Below are positions 40,386 through 51,784 of a stretch of 64,000 nt of DNA, piece after piece; position 1 is the stretch's first letter, and each line of letters begins with the position of its first letter. The stretch is from Andalucia godoyi And28. Its lineage: Eukaryota; Protista; Jakobida. The DNA lies in contig VRVR01000062.1 of assembly GCA_009859145.1 (NCBI GenBank), forward strand, positions 1-64,000, given 5' to 3'. The translations under genes were made by a program, and so were the position numbers. A model generated the notes under the pieces. The model did not search any database. It worked only from the letters and a program-made list of their open reading frames with translations, and was not told the DNA's origin.

Positions 40386-41156
40386 ATGCAAGGCAAGTAT
40401 TCGCTTCCTCCAAACACAACCTTCTCCCTTCTCAAGTCGACGATGGCGATGCATGAGTGTTGCGTCTGTGGAGACGTAACTGGCGTTCGGCACTTGCTGG
40501 ACGCCGGGCATGATCCAAACGACGTGAGCGATGACTGGAACGGATGCGCGCCGATCCACATGGCAGCACAAGGGAAAGACGACGACGCTGCAGCAATGAT
40601 TACGCATATGCTTCTTGAACGAGGAGCGTATGCGGATTCAAAATGCACCAAAAATCGAAGAACCCCACTCTACTACGCGAGCCAAAACGGCCTCCTGTCA
40701 ACTGTCAAGACACTGCTGCACAAAAATGCAAATCCAAATGCGCGGAATGACGAGTTTGGCGAAACGGCCCTAACCGCAGCGTGTGTTGCTGGAAATCTTG
40801 CGATGGTGGAAGCTCTTGTGGTATGTGGGGCCGATGTCAATCTCGGAGATCGAGCTGGCCAGACGCCGTTAATCTGGGCAATCTATGACCAGCCGAAGCT
40901 CGACGTCATGAAGCGTCTTATCGAGTTAGGAGCGGATGTTAACAAGGGCGGATATGGGAGACCGCTGAACTGGGCTCTAGATGTCCAGTCGCCACAGGCA
41001 GTCAAAATGCTTTTGGAGGCTGGAGCAGATCCTCGAAAGGACTCGTCTGGATTCGGCCGTCCGTCGAAGCAGTCTCCAAGAAACAAGGAAATCAGAGGGC
41101 TCATTTCCAGTGCCCTCCGAGACATTGAATGCGCCGAAAACGGTGGAACGGATTAA
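40386..41156 (+). CDS. Ankyrin-repeat protein
   Basis: Repeated motifs APIHMAA, TPLYYAS, TALTAAC, TPLIWAI, RPLNWAL, each followed by LL..GA.vN/D. Confidence 0.9.
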   Translation: MQGKYSLPPNTTFSLLKSTMAMHECCVCGDVTGVRHLLDAGHDPNDVSDDWNGCAPIHMAAQGKDDDAAAMITHMLLERGAYADSKCTKNRRTPLYYASQNGLLSTVKTLLHKNANPNARNDEFGETALTAACVAGNLAMVEALVVCGADVNLGDRAGQTPLIWAIYDQPKLDVMKRLIELGADVNKGGYGRPLNWALDVQSPQAVKMLLEAGADPRKDSSGFGRPSKQSPRNKEIRGLISSALRDIECAENGGTD

Positions 41157-41609
41157 AGTGCAATCATTCGCATTGCAGCGAGCTTTTACATCTCAGTGTT
41201 TATTTTTCTTTTCCTTTTCCCTTTGTGCGGCATGCCTGCTTCTTGCTGAGATCGGGGCATTCAATGAACTGATGAAATTTAAAGGCTGCTCTCCAACGAG
41301 AATCTGCGGGAATGGGGGGAACAAGCTGTCGTACGAGCGGAGTTCAGGAGGCGGCAAAAAGAGCTCCGAGCTTGTCGGTCAGTTGTTCGCGCATTTCACA
41401 AGCGCTGCGCAATGCGCATGCAGGACGCAAAACGTGTGTGGTTTCATCTTTTTCCTTTCTCATTTTGTTATTTTTTTCCCCCTTTTTTTTTCCTTTTTCT
41501 ATGTTAATTTTGTTAAGAAGTTTCTTTTTCTTCTTCTGCTTCTTTCCCTGTCTTTGACTCGGCCGTTCCTAGTACATTTTCTGTCTCTCTCGTCTCTGTT
41601 TTTGTCAAG

Positions 41610-42419
41610 ATGGAGAGCTACGATTGGCTGGTGACTCCAACTCTTGCTGTACTTGCGTATGAGGTTTCTCAGCCTCTGTTGCGCGTATTCATGCCGATGC
41701 ACAAGGACGCTTCGTCTGCAGAGGGCAAACCCGATGCTGCAAAGCATGGCAAGAAGGGCCTGACACCGATGAAAAAGTTCATTTTTGTGCACAATGTTGC
41801 TTTGTGCTTGTACTCGTTCATTTCGTTTGCCTATGTGTTCAAAGCAATGGTTGATTATCCGGGGCTTGTTTATTCCGGAGACAAGTTTTTTGACAAGATT
41901 GACCTCTGGGTTAAGCTTTTTTATTGGAGCAAGTACTACGAATTTGTCGATACGCTCATTCTTATCATTCAGCGGAAGCCTGTAATGACGCTCCAGTCGT
42001 TCCATCATGCTGGAGCCGTCTTGACGATGGCTGCTGCCTACTACACGCGAACGGACGCTGCAGTCTGGTTTGTTGTTGAAAATTCGTTTGTCCACACGAT
42101 CATGTACGCGTACTATGCGTCATCGGTGCTCGGCTACAGATGGTGGATCAAGAAGTATATTACTCGCATGCAAATCATCCAGTTTGTCATTGGATGCATT
42201 GCAACCTCGCCGCACTTTTTCTTTGATAACGTTACCACAGTTTCAAAGATTACCATCTTCATTGTCCAGTCGTATACGATGATTCTCATGTATCTCTTCT
42301 CCCAATTCTACAAGGCCGCATACAAGAAGCAAAAGGCTGGCGCAAAGGTCGAGGCGCAAACACTGCAACAGCAGAGATCATCGTCTCCGCAAGTTGCAAA
42401 GGTCCGAAAGGTAGACTAA
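41610..42419 (+). CDS. ELO/GNS1-family fatty acid elongase with variant QxxHH box
   Basis: FYWSKYYEFVDT, LQSFHH, NSFVHTIMYAYY, TRMQIIQF; C-terminal KVRKVD resembles an ER retrieval signal. Confidence 0.92.
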   Translation: MESYDWLVTPTLAVLAYEVSQPLLRVFMPMHKDASSAEGKPDAAKHGKKGLTPMKKFIFVHNVALCLYSFISFAYVFKAMVDYPGLVYSGDKFFDKIDLWVKLFYWSKYYEFVDTLILIIQRKPVMTLQSFHHAGAVLTMAAAYYTRTDAAVWFVVENSFVHTIMYAYYASSVLGYRWWIKKYITRMQIIQFVIGCIATSPHFFFDNVTTVSKITIFIVQSYTMILMYLFSQFYKAAYKKQKAGAKVEAQTLQQQRSSSPQVAKVRKVD

Positions 42420-43169
42420 GCCAACAAAAAAAGAAAGAAGAAGAAGAAAAAAACAAGATTATCACGAGTTCTGAAAGAGTCGCGCATCCCTCTTGCTTTC
42501 TCGCCATCTTGGGGTTGTTGTTTGTTTTTTTTTTTGGACCGCTCAGGTTCTTTTCGAGCATGATTTTTGTTGTTGTTGTTGTTTTGCTGCTGGGGTTTCT
42601 GATTTATTTGCCTTCTCTTGCAAAAGATCCGTCCGTTCATTGTTTGCGAAGAAGGTGATGATGATGACGATGATGATGATGATGATGATGATGAAGGAAG
42701 GAGTGTGTTCTTATGATGTACAAGTAGATGTGAAGTTGATTTCTCCTCGTGAAGTTTCTCACATGTTTTCTTCTATCCATCAAGCGCTGTCTGTTGCATG
42801 CTGCCTGTCATGTTGCACTTCAAGAACGAATCCTTTTGGATCGCATTCACGTTTCGTCGTCGTCGACCTGACAAAAAAGGCCTCGGTGGCTGCGTTGGAT
42901 CTGGAACCACGGATTCTTGGAAATTTGGATCTTGGATAATTCATAGCGCCCATAGCCCGGGACGCTCGAGTATCTGTCGTAAATTCTAATTAAAAAAAGA
43001 CCACCCTTTGCCAGAAAATTCGCTGATCGATTGCACTGCCCAAAAAACCTTCTGCTTAATTGATTTTGTTCGTATTGTATTCATTGTACTCAATTTTTAT
43101 TCGCTTTCCCCTCCTGCGGATAGCTTGCGCCATTTTTGTTTATCTGCTATACTGTTTCCGTCCATCTAG

Positions 43170-44960
43170 ATGTCTCGGGAATCGAATACTCGGGCCGCGT
43201 CTTCGGAGCTGATGTTCAGGGTCACTTCGTCGATTGTTTCGGAGCTCGTGACGCTCTGTTCCGGTGGTTCGTTGCCCTCCGATGTGGATCTGACTTCACT
43301 GCGCAACAAGCACTCCAAGCTTCACAACAGCCCTGCGACTCCCAAGTTGACTGATATCCTGAGTGCGCTCCCTGAGCATCTGAAGCCTATGCTAGTCCCG
43401 CTGCTCAAAGTGCGGCCTGTCCGGACAGCCTCGGGAATTGCGGTTGTCGCAATCATGTCGAAGCCACATAGATGCCCACATATTGCTCTTACTGGAAACA
43501 TCTGTGTGTACTGTCCAGGAGGCCCGGATTCAGACTTTGAATACTCGACGCAGTCATACACAGGGTACGAGCCAACGTCAATGCGTGCAATCCGCGCTCG
43601 GTATCACCCGCATTTGCAGGTTCGCTCGCGAGTAGTCCAATTGCAAAGACTCGGCCATGACACGGACAAGGTTGAATTTGTGCTAATGGGCGGTACATTC
43701 ATGTCCTTGGCTGCAGATTACCGTGATTGGTTCATTAGGAACCTCCACGATGCCCTCTCGGGATACACATCGTCGTCCGTCGAAGAAGCTGTCCGGTTTG
43801 GCGAGCAAGCGCATACCAAGTGCGTAGGACTCACCATCGAAACAAGACCGGATTATTGCCTCCGCCCGCATTTGTCATCCATGCTCGCGTACGGATGCAC
43901 GAGGCTGGAGATTGGCGTTCAGTCTGTGTACGAAGATGTTGCCAGAGACACGAATCGCGGACACACGGTCAAGGCCGTTTGCGAGTGTTTTCATGCTAGC
44001 AAGGATGCCGGATTTAAAGTGGTGGCCCACATGATGCCAGATTTGCCAAATGTCGGCAGAGAGCGAGACATGGCTCAGTTTACGGAATTGTGGGAAAATC
44101 CTGCATTTCGAATGGATGGACTCAAGATCTATCCAACACTCGTGATCCGCGGCACTGGCTTGTACGAATTGTGGCGAAAGGGAATGTACCAGAACTATGC
44201 GCCAGATGAACTCGTAGATATTGTGGCGCAGATTCTGGCTCTTATTCCTCCTTGGACGCGTGTGTATCGCATTCAGCGAGACATTCCAATGCCGCTTGTT
44301 TCGTCGGGTGTCGAATACGGAAACTTGCGCGAGCTGGCGCTTGCTCGGATGAAAGAGCTGGGAATTCCGTGCAGAGATGTGCGTACTCGAGAGTGTGGCA
44401 TTCAAGAGATACACAACAAAATCAGGCCAGATCGAATTGAGCTTATTCGCCGTGATTATGCGGCGAATGGAAGTTGGGAAACTTTCTTGTCGTACGAAGA
44501 CCCTGAGCAAGATATCCTTGTCGGGCTTTTGCGCTTGCGAAAGTTGTCTCAGACGGGCACATACAGACCGGAACTTACTGTGAAAGGGAGATCGCCGGCT
44601 CCTTGCAGACGCCGACTCGAGATGTTTTCGAAAAGTGATTTATTTGATGAGGAAAGTTCTGATAATGATGGTGAAGTGATGGATGAAAAAGTCGATGCTG
44701 GAGCAGATGCTCAAATCCGGTGCTCCATGGTCCGAGAGCTGCACGTGTATGGCTCCGCTGTCCCTGTTCACGAACGTGATCCAAATAAGTTCCAGCATCG
44801 CGGTTTCGGAACGCTGCTCATGGAAGAAGCCGAACGCATAGCAAAAGATGAGCATCGAAGCTTGCGGATTGCGGTCATCTCTGCGGTTGGAACCAGAGAC
44901 TACTATCGAAAACTTGGGTACAGGCTCGAGGGCCCGTACATGATCAAAGATTTGTGCTGA
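43170..44960 (+). CDS. ELP3: Elongator catalytic subunit (radical SAM plus KAT domains)
   Basis: KPHRCPH...[32 protein letters not shown]. Confidence 0.97.
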   Translation: MSRESNTRAASSELMFRVTSSIVSELVTLCSGGSLPSDVDLTSLRNKHSKLHNSPATPKLTDILSALPEHLKPMLVPLLKVRPVRTASGIAVVAIMSKPHRCPHIALTGNICVYCPGGPDSDFEYSTQSYTGYEPTSMRAIRARYHPHLQVRSRVVQLQRLGHDTDKVEFVLMGGTFMSLAADYRDWFIRNLHDALSGYTSSSVEEAVRFGEQAHTKCVGLTIETRPDYCLRPHLSSMLAYGCTRLEIGVQSVYEDVARDTNRGHTVKAVCECFHASKDAGFKVVAHMMPDLPNVGRERDMAQFTELWENPAFRMDGLKIYPTLVIRGTGLYELWRKGMYQNYAPDELVDIVAQILALIPPWTRVYRIQRDIPMPLVSSGVEYGNLRELALARMKELGIPCRDVRTRECGIQEIHNKIRPDRIELIRRDYAANGSWETFLSYEDPEQDILVGLLRLRKLSQTGTYRPELTVKGRSPAPCRRRLEMFSKSDLFDEESSDNDGEVMDEKVDAGADAQIRCSMVRELHVYGSAVPVHERDPNKFQHRGFGTLLMEEAERIAKDEHRSLRIAVISAVGTRDYYRKLGYRLEGPYMIKDLC

Positions 44961-45487
44961 TCATCCTGAATGGACTGTGGTGAGTTGCAACAGCAGGCTG
45001 GTGCCGTGTGAGTATTATTATTTTATGAATTTTTTATTTTATTTTTGAATCGCGAGTTCCCGACTGTTTGCAAGGATTCAGCAGTGTCCGTTGTGGCGGT
45101 TTTGTGCATGTTCGTAAAACGTAGATGCTCGTGCTGATGATGCTGTGTCATCTAGCGTGTTTCCATCCCAATGAGAACAAAACATCCAACCTGTAACCAG
45201 ATCGGCGAACGCTCATCCGTAAATCGCTGAGACGAAGCATGCTTCGATGTCCACAGAACCGACCACCAATCTTGATAGTCGACACTCGAAGCACAAGCCA
45301 CCGTACCACTCGCCCGCTGCGTTCGCGGACCAAACGCCCAATAAAAGAGTTTTCAGATTTACTGCATAATTTGCCAGTTTCTTCTGTTTTGTCTTGTTTT
45401 GTCTTGTGTTTTTGTTGTCTTTTCTTAATCTGTTTCATTGGGTGTTAGATCAGAGGCTGAAGCAGAAGAGACAGGAGGAGGAGGAGG

Positions 45488-46918
45488 ATGAAGCTCGTGT
45501 GCTCGTGTCCAGGAAAAGTGCTGCTACTTGGTGGGTATCTTGTGCTTGATGCAGAGAACACGGGTCTTGTTGCGACGACATCTGCGCGATTCTATGCAAC
45601 AATCGAACCGTCTGCTTCTCCGAGCGCACACCCGCCACCTGACGGCATGCTGAATCACCGCATGACCCTTGTGATTGAGAGTCCGCAGTTCTCAATGTCC
45701 ATACGCAGTGATGTTCACATGTCCTCATCAACGCATAGGATTTCCATGAATCCGTCGTTTGCAGACACCAATCCGTTTATTCACCATGCGGTGCACGCAG
45801 TCATTCACCAGATTTCACACGAATTCCAGTCAGACGATATCGTCCGAGGGCTCCATGGAAGGACTCTTCGAATTTGTCTGGAAGCAGACAATGACTTTTA
45901 TTCGATGCGGCAGCAGCTCATGCTCCGCGGGCTGAAGTATTCGCCTGATGGTCTGCGAGCACTACCGCCGCGTATTCGTCCTCTCTCCTTTCCTGAAGAC
46001 GAGTTTAGCTCCCCGCACATCATGGAGACGTATCAGCATCGTCTGAAGGGAGAATCACTCAAAATCTCAAAGACGGGTTTGGGATCGTCGGCCGCACTCA
46101 CCGCGTCGCTGACCGCAGCGCTGTACTTGTATCTCCACCGACTCTGCGCATCGGTCGGCGAATCGGCAGCAGCAGGAGATGATGCTCATTCAGAATTGTC
46201 TCACGATGTGCTGGAAAAGGTCCATACCTTGGCGCAGTGTGCACACTCACTTGCTCAGGGGAAAATCGGATCCGGTTTTGATGTCGCTGCTGCCGTGTTT
46301 GGACCGCATTTATACACTCGCTTCTCTCCGTCTTTATTGGATTTTCCAGCCGGGTCGCTTCCATATCCGCTCCCCACGTTGGATTGCAAAATTCGACCAT
46401 TTCAGTGGCCTGATAACGTGGATCTTATGCTGGGTGACGTTGCAACTGGCTCTCACACCCCAAGTATGGTTGCTTCTGTTCTGCAGTATCGAAAGCAGCA
46501 AGAGGAATCTGCTGGTGCTGTATGGAGTGAATTGTCCACTGCGAATCGGGATGCCATCGAGGTGTTCCTTGGAAGAGCCAATGATGCGGCACATGCCTCG
46601 GATGTGTTGCAGAAGTTCCATGCGGTTCGTCGTTGTATGAAGGCCCTGGGAGTTGCAGCAGATGTTCCAATCGAGCCAGATGAGCAAACTTGTGTCCTCA
46701 ATCAAGTGGAAGAGCGCGTCGGTCGTGAGATGCACGCCTTGCTTGGCGTTGGAGTTCCCGGAGCTGGGGGATACGATGCTGTGTTTGCTCTTGTCAGAAC
46801 GGATGTGGACGGCTCAGCTCCAGAAAAGGAAGTGGAGATGATATGGAGCAATCACGGAATCTGTGCAATGACTCTCAGGAGAAGTGCAGATGGCCTTCAG
46901 GCCAACTGGTCACTTTGA
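45488..46918 (+). CDS. ERG8: Phosphomevalonate kinase, ERG8 (GHMP) type
   Basis: SCPGKVLLLGGYLVL, KTGLGSSAA, AQGKIGSGFDVAAAVFG, GVPGAGGYDAV. Confidence 0.93.
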   Translation: MKLVCSCPGKVLLLGGYLVLDAENTGLVATTSARFYATIEPSASPSAHPPPDGMLNHRMTLVIESPQFSMSIRSDVHMSSSTHRISMNPSFADTNPFIHHAVHAVIHQISHEFQSDDIVRGLHGRTLRICLEADNDFYSMRQQLMLRGLKYSPDGLRALPPRIRPLSFPEDEFSSPHIMETYQHRLKGESLKISKTGLGSSAALTASLTAALYLYLHRLCASVGESAAAGDDAHSELSHDVLEKVHTLAQCAHSLAQGKIGSGFDVAAAVFGPHLYTRFSPSLLDFPAGSLPYPLPTLDCKIRPFQWPDNVDLMLGDVATGSHTPSMVASVLQYRKQQEESAGAVWSELSTANRDAIEVFLGRANDAAHASDVLQKFHAVRRCMKALGVAADVPIEPDEQTCVLNQVEERVGREMHALLGVGVPGAGGYDAVFALVRTDVDGSAPEKEVEMIWSNHGICAMTLRRSADGLQANWSL

Positions 46919-47099
46919 GAAGTCTTCATCGTTACCCTACGATGAAATTCCTTGTTCTGTATTTGTTATGGCTGACTATTTGTTTGAGTGGCTTTATCTT
47001 CTTTTTTTTTTTTTTTGTTTGTTTGTTTGTTTGCTCGGTTATTTGTTTGCTTTTTGCGTGTGCGTGTGTAGTTTTCCATTCTGTAAGCCAGTGTTTGTC

Positions 47100-48720
47100 A
47101 ATGGTTGGCAACGTGAAGTACAGTGATGAAAATTGTCGTTCGTTTTATCGCTGGGGAGAAAAGTAAAAGTGCTCTGCAACAACAAACAAATTATAAAAGT
47201 CCATTTTGACAATTGAACGAGGCCGCATTCAACGGTTCGCCCACATTGAGAGAAAACAGGAGGTTGGGAAATGAAAAGATTTTTCAGAGGGAAATTCATA
47301 AATACGCCTTTATTTGAGCTCGTACACACCCTGCTCAATTTAAAAGCATGCAAACCTCTCGAGCTAATGATTGGGGTCCAACAGAAATCACCTCTGAAGT
47401 CTCCTTTCTGCACAAAAAACCGGATCAATCCATTAAAAGCAACCATGGACATGACATCGTTGGATTATGGAAAGTAAAAACGACAAACAAACACAAGGAC
47501 CGATTTAACACTCCAGGGAAAACAAACCGTATACCGGTTCTGGTAGAGAAAAACATCAAACCATGAGTCCATTTACAAAAACCAGTAATGTTTCGGTCCA
47601 ACGGAACATTCTTCGCACCAGAAACCATAACGCTGATCACTGTACCGAGCGTTCGCAAAAACGACTCTCGAATGCTGTAAACAAGCATTCTCTGTGAGGT
47701 GATCATTTTGTGTGATGCAAGTCGAGACAGTCGGGACAGGACGGACAGTACCATTTCAGATACTTGTTCAAGGCGGCATATGGAACTTCCATACAAATCT
47801 GGAAAATGCTTTTGATTGCGTTTGTTCCCAGTTCTAGAAAACCTTCGGTTATGCCTCGCGAAATGTGCTGCTGTTAACGGACGACAGCTGATGCCAAACA
47901 AACCGAATTTCGACAGATTGCAGTTCGATTGGTGTGGCTGCTGTTGAATGGCCCGATGTGTTTTCAGACAGTAGGGGAAACAGAAATGTTTTGGCAGTTG
48001 AGCACAAGAATCAGTACAAAACGTTGACGCTGAATAATTGATGATAGCAAGATTATCCACGCATAGACGGGTTGATCACAATTTACGAATCCCATGTGAG
48101 GATACGTACTGGTGGACAGGGGCCCTCAGATCTGCGATGTAACTGCTTGAGGAGCAGCATCCGCGATGCAGTATGCGATTTTCCAATCACCTATCAATCC
48201 GAATTCCGTTTATGCTTCAAGACAGCAACTTCGCGAATCCCTTTTGCTTTCTGCTGTCGATGGGACTCACCTGAATAGCAGGGACAGACCATCGAAGCAT
48301 TCGCGGCTCATCGGGTCTCGGCATCGCAAAGATTCTGATGTTTTGAGCATTCCATTTTTCGCAGAATGATAGTTATTTTGTTCATTGATGATATCAATGA
48401 AGAATCGTACACAGTTTAACTGATTTTATTTTCCGTATTCTCCATGTATTTGAACCCAATAACAAGGAGCACGTACAGTGAACTTCTGTTTTTTTCTTTT
48501 CTCCGCTGACAAACATCGTCCGTTGAAAGTCTTCAAACTGCTGTGCTGAACTCCGCTGGGTATCTGTGATTTTTGTCGTAAAATACAGATGACCGCCCGT
48601 TGGAAACTCTCTTTCATCATTTTTCCGACAATACACAACTGTCTGATACTGCTTCTTTTTTTGTGGCACTGCGTTTGATGGAGTAACACATTCCTCTCCA
48701 CGGTTCTTTGGCATTGGGTT
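47100..48720 (-). other. Possible intron-rich gene or pseudogene of unknown function
   Basis: 211-codon open segment 47425-48060 plus several GTACGT/GTGAGT donor-like and TTTTGTGCAG/TTGTTGCAG acceptor-like sites. No complete exon chain could be built. Confidence 0.25.
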
Positions 48721-48957
48721 GTCACAAGTCGCTTGCGTGAACTCTAACTCTTTTCCGTCGTTCGTTGTTTCGGTGCTTTTGGATTACCTTTGCGCTGAAC
48801 GACACGAATTTGGTCCAAAGAAATGGAGAAAAGAAGAAATAAAACAACAAACAATTGGGACTGCCATCTGTTTTTCGTGTCATAATAGAACTCCACAACG
48901 ACTGATTTCAGGCTACAAATGTCACAATAAGTTGCACGTGCAGTCGTTTACGGAGCA

Positions 48958-51477
48958 TCACTTTGATTCAAAAAATCCTACATTTCGCAATGCAAAAAGA
49001 ACCTCCTGTCTGGAATCTCGGCATCGTTTCTTTTTTTGATGAGCTGGTCGTTTCCGGACAGGAAGCGGAGTTTGCTTGGCTCTGTTGAGCTGTACGGTTT
49101 TCAGAAGGAACCGACATTTTGCGTCTTCATACAGTCGTTCAGTTCGATCTGGAGTCACGGGCGAGAAGCGTCTGGGATTAGGAGGGGTTGTTGTCGGATG
49201 TTTCCGCAATTTTGTGGCGGAGAACTCCGTGTAAAGCCGGTCAATAACGGGAGAAGTTTGGCCACGCAGGGCAAACAATTTGGCTGAAGATGAAGGTATT
49301 TTCGGTTGAAAAGGCGCCAAGGTTGCTTCTTTTGACAGCAACACAGAGCGCAGATCCTCCAAGTTCTTTTGCTTTCTTTCAGCCCAAGATAAAGATCTCG
49401 CCATGAAATCTTGCATCGAAAACCGCGACCGTGAGGAGTGAGAAGCATTGTTACTCTGCTGAGCATCAAGTTTTTCAGCTTCTTGTTTGGATTTCTTTGT
49501 TTCAATAGAGCGTTCCCAATGCAGCAACCGAGAACGGAATGAGGACCAGTCGTCCGCAGACCCTCGCTGGGATTCCGATTTTGATGGCGGAGAAGCAGAA
49601 TTCTCTTTTCGATACTCTTCCAGGCTGGTGAGGCGACGGTGATTCCACTCATAAAGACGGCGAACAGTTGCGACAGAAAAGGAACGAGTGGGTACTCCTG
49701 AAGGAGCCCGAGGAATATCGGACAACCGCCGATTCAGGGATTGCGCTTGCGAGACTGATACAGAACGACGTTCGCGCTTAAGTTTTGACCGGTCTTTCGT
49801 CAAAGATCGGGTTTGAATATATATTTCGTTCTCAGAAAGGTGCTGCAGTCGCGTTTCTACCGAAGCCATATAAATCTCGCTGATCGCCACGATCACACGA
49901 CGTCTGTGCCAGACGCTTCGCAAGAATCTTTGGATACGAACAGCAGCGACGCACCTTTTTAACAGGTGAGTATTCCTGTGAAGCCGATACCATCTTTGGA
50001 TACACAACACATTAGCGATACTTTCGGAATAAGACAGCAACAGAGCATTGACCCGTCTTTGTTTGTAACTTGCGAATGCACGTTGAATGATCCTGGCCTG
50101 TTTATCCACAAGCCAACCATACAAAAAGTCAAACTTGCAAGCATCATGCAGTCGGATGCTCGCAGAATTTGAGACTTCACGAACAAAGGGCACTTGCGAA
50201 TCACAGAGCACCTCGAAAAGAGTGCTGCAGAATTTCTTCGAGAAGCCCGAAACCCGACGATGGACACAGAACGAAGTTGCTAGAGACGTCAGAAGAGATG
50301 ATACGCATGGAAGCAAACAAGTCAAAGATGAACTGAAATCGGGAGTGAATCGGAAGACGGGGACACAGCGTCCGGACGTGCGAAATTCAGAAAGAATAGA
50401 TAAATATAAACTGACCAACGTATTTGGAGTGGATGGCTTCGGGACAACCACTGCGGAACACCTCAGCAGCGTAGCCAGATCAGAAAGACCATGCCTCGCG
50501 TCTCTTGAATTCTTCAACAAGTTTCTCACTCTTGTAACCCTGATTGCGTCAAAATTCTGGATGGTCGCCGGAGGAAGCTGGAGAATCAACATGTGAAGAA
50601 GATCATCGAATGCGACATTGAAAAGCGTGTGTAGGCCGGAGCCTTCTTGCAACAAAGATACACCAGGGTGACCACCGGCTGCCGAAGGACGCCCAGACAT
50701 GATGGCAGAGGAAACCCCAAAAAGAAAACAAATCGACTTCTTTGAGGATGGCGATGACAAAGCGAAAGACCCCCATTTCGAGCTGGTCTGATCGACGGAA
50801 GTCAAGGAATCAAGTATCCACGCCTCGTGTCGAGCCTCCAAGATAAGGTGAATTCGCTGGGCAATGGAATACACGGCATTTCGAGAGAAATTAAGAAAAA
50901 GAAAACTAGTCTGACTCTCGTCGGGCATCTCAAGCAGCCAGCGCAACACACAGATAGCCAGCGGATCGCTGCGAGGATTCAACGAGAATCCATATTCGTC
51001 ATAGATGACAGCTGAAAAATCATAAAAGACAAGCGGAAATTCGCTCGCTGAGAGCCTGTTGAACAAACCATACTCATTTGTCCAATCCGTTGATCCGCGA
51101 AATCGACAATTACTGAAAGATGCAACACATCTGGAGAAAGAAAGAGAAGAATCCACCAATCGAACTATACACGTAGATTCTGTCAAAACAATATCCACGA
51201 CTGCGGAAACGGGAACAAGAACAGACTCTTCCGGAATCGTCACCCAAATGTCCGACCCGCCGATAAATATGGGTCTGTTGCCAAATGACGTCGGAACATC
51301 CGTGGGAATGCGACATACTGCAAAGCCATTCTCAGGATTCGAGGAACAATATGGCAAGCACTGTTCCGCCACTTGGTATCCACGGGGATCCAGAGTCCAG
51401 ATATCCGAACGTTTCAATCGTGTTTCTGTTGTCATTTCGGCGGAAAGGGATATTTCGTGTTTCCTTTTCCCCTCCAT
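48958..51477 (-). CDS. Uncharacterised IQ-motif protein with coiled-coil C-terminal repeats
   Basis: ATG at 51477; three IQ motifs (IIQRAF, CIQRWYR, RIQRFLR); tail with FQPKI and RLY motifs. Confidence 0.8.
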   Translation of the reverse strand: MEGKRKHEISLSAEMTTETRLKRSDIWTLDPRGYQVAEQCLPYCSSNPENGFAVCRIPTDVPTSFGNRPIFIGGSDIWVTIPEESVLVPVSAVVDIVLTESTCIVRLVDSSLSFSRCVASFSNCRFRGSTDWTNEYGLFNRLSASEFPLVFYDFSAVIYDEYGFSLNPRSDPLAICVLRWLLEMPDESQTSFLFLNFSRNAVYSIAQRIHLILEARHEAWILDSLTSVDQTSSKWGSFALSSPSSKKSICFLFGVSSAIMSGRPSAAGGHPGVSLLQEGSGLHTLFNVAFDDLLHMLILQLPPATIQNFDAIRVTRVRNLLKNSRDARHGLSDLATLLRCSAVVVPKPSTPNTLVSLYLSILSEFRTSGRCVPVFRFTPDFSSSLTCLLPCVSSLLTSLATSFCVHRRVSGFSKKFCSTLFEVLCDSQVPFVREVSNSASIRLHDACKFDFLYGWLVDKQARIIQRAFASYKQRRVNALLLSYSESIANVLCIQRWYRLHRNTHLLKRCVAAVRIQRFLRSVWHRRRVIVAISEIYMASVETRLQHLSENEIYIQTRSLTKDRSKLKRERRSVSVSQAQSLNRRLSDIPRAPSGVPTRSFSVATVRRLYEWNHRRLTSLEEYRKENSASPPSKSESQRGSADDWSSFRSRLLHWERSIETKKSKQEAEKLDAQQSNNASHSSRSRFSMQDFMARSLSWAERKQKNLEDLRSVLLSKEATLAPFQPKIPSSSAKLFALRGQTSPVIDRLYTEFSATKLRKHPTTTPPNPRRFSPVTPDRTERLYEDAKCRFLLKTVQLNRAKQTPLPVRKRPAHQKKKRCRDSRQEVLFALRNVGFFESK

Positions 51478-51623
51478 CGTTGGCAACTTTCGAACTGGTC
51501 TTATTGTGTTTTATTTCGTTTTCATCGTCTCGACATAACGCTTGAAACGGAAACAAAGGATTTCTCCCCGTCCAGTGCTGACTACGGTAAATTACCTTCC
51601 CACCAGAAAGCACGCTGGAGAGG

Positions 51624-51630
51624 AAAAAAA
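51624..51630 (-). terminator. Pol III oligo-T terminator of tRNA-Ile
   Basis: T7 run on the minus strand about 14 nt downstream of the tRNA 3' end. Confidence 0.8.
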
Positions 51631-51643
51631 TTGCTTCCACTAC

Positions 51644-51717
51644 TACTCACGGTGGGGCTCGAACCCACGACCCTCAGCTCATAAGACCGATGCGCTAGCC
51701 AACTGCGCCACGCGAGT
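51644..51717 (-). tRNA. tRNA-Ile(UAU), intronless
   Basis: ACTCGCG/CGTGAGT acceptor stem, TGGCGCAGTTGG A box, anticodon loop CT-TAT-GA, GGTTCGAGCC B box. Confidence 0.95.
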
Positions 51718-51784
51718 GAAAACAACTGACTGCATACCGTAGATTCAATATCATACCATTATCCCATTGCCAACTCGCCAACAT

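Noticed and set aside
45128-45235. C/D snoRNA-like arrangement (TGATGA ... CTGA with a 4-bp terminal stem)
   Set aside because: Box spacing is imperfect and no convincing antisense element of 10 nt or more to rRNA was recognised; needs a snoRNA scan.
9847-46918. ERG4 and ERG8 as a sterol gene cluster
   Set aside because: They are separated by about 34 kb of unrelated housekeeping genes.
47190-47427. Four successive in-frame TGA codons extending ORF 47425-48060, suggesting TGA readthrough or selenocysteine
   Set aside because: Other genes here use TGA as a normal stop, no SECIS was recognised, and splicing or decay explains it more simply.
43170-51717. Functional cluster of ELP3 with the U34-containing tRNA-Ile(UAU)
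   Set aside because: They are 7 kb apart with unrelated genes between, and eukaryotic tRNA-Ile(UAU) is not a typical Elongator substrate.
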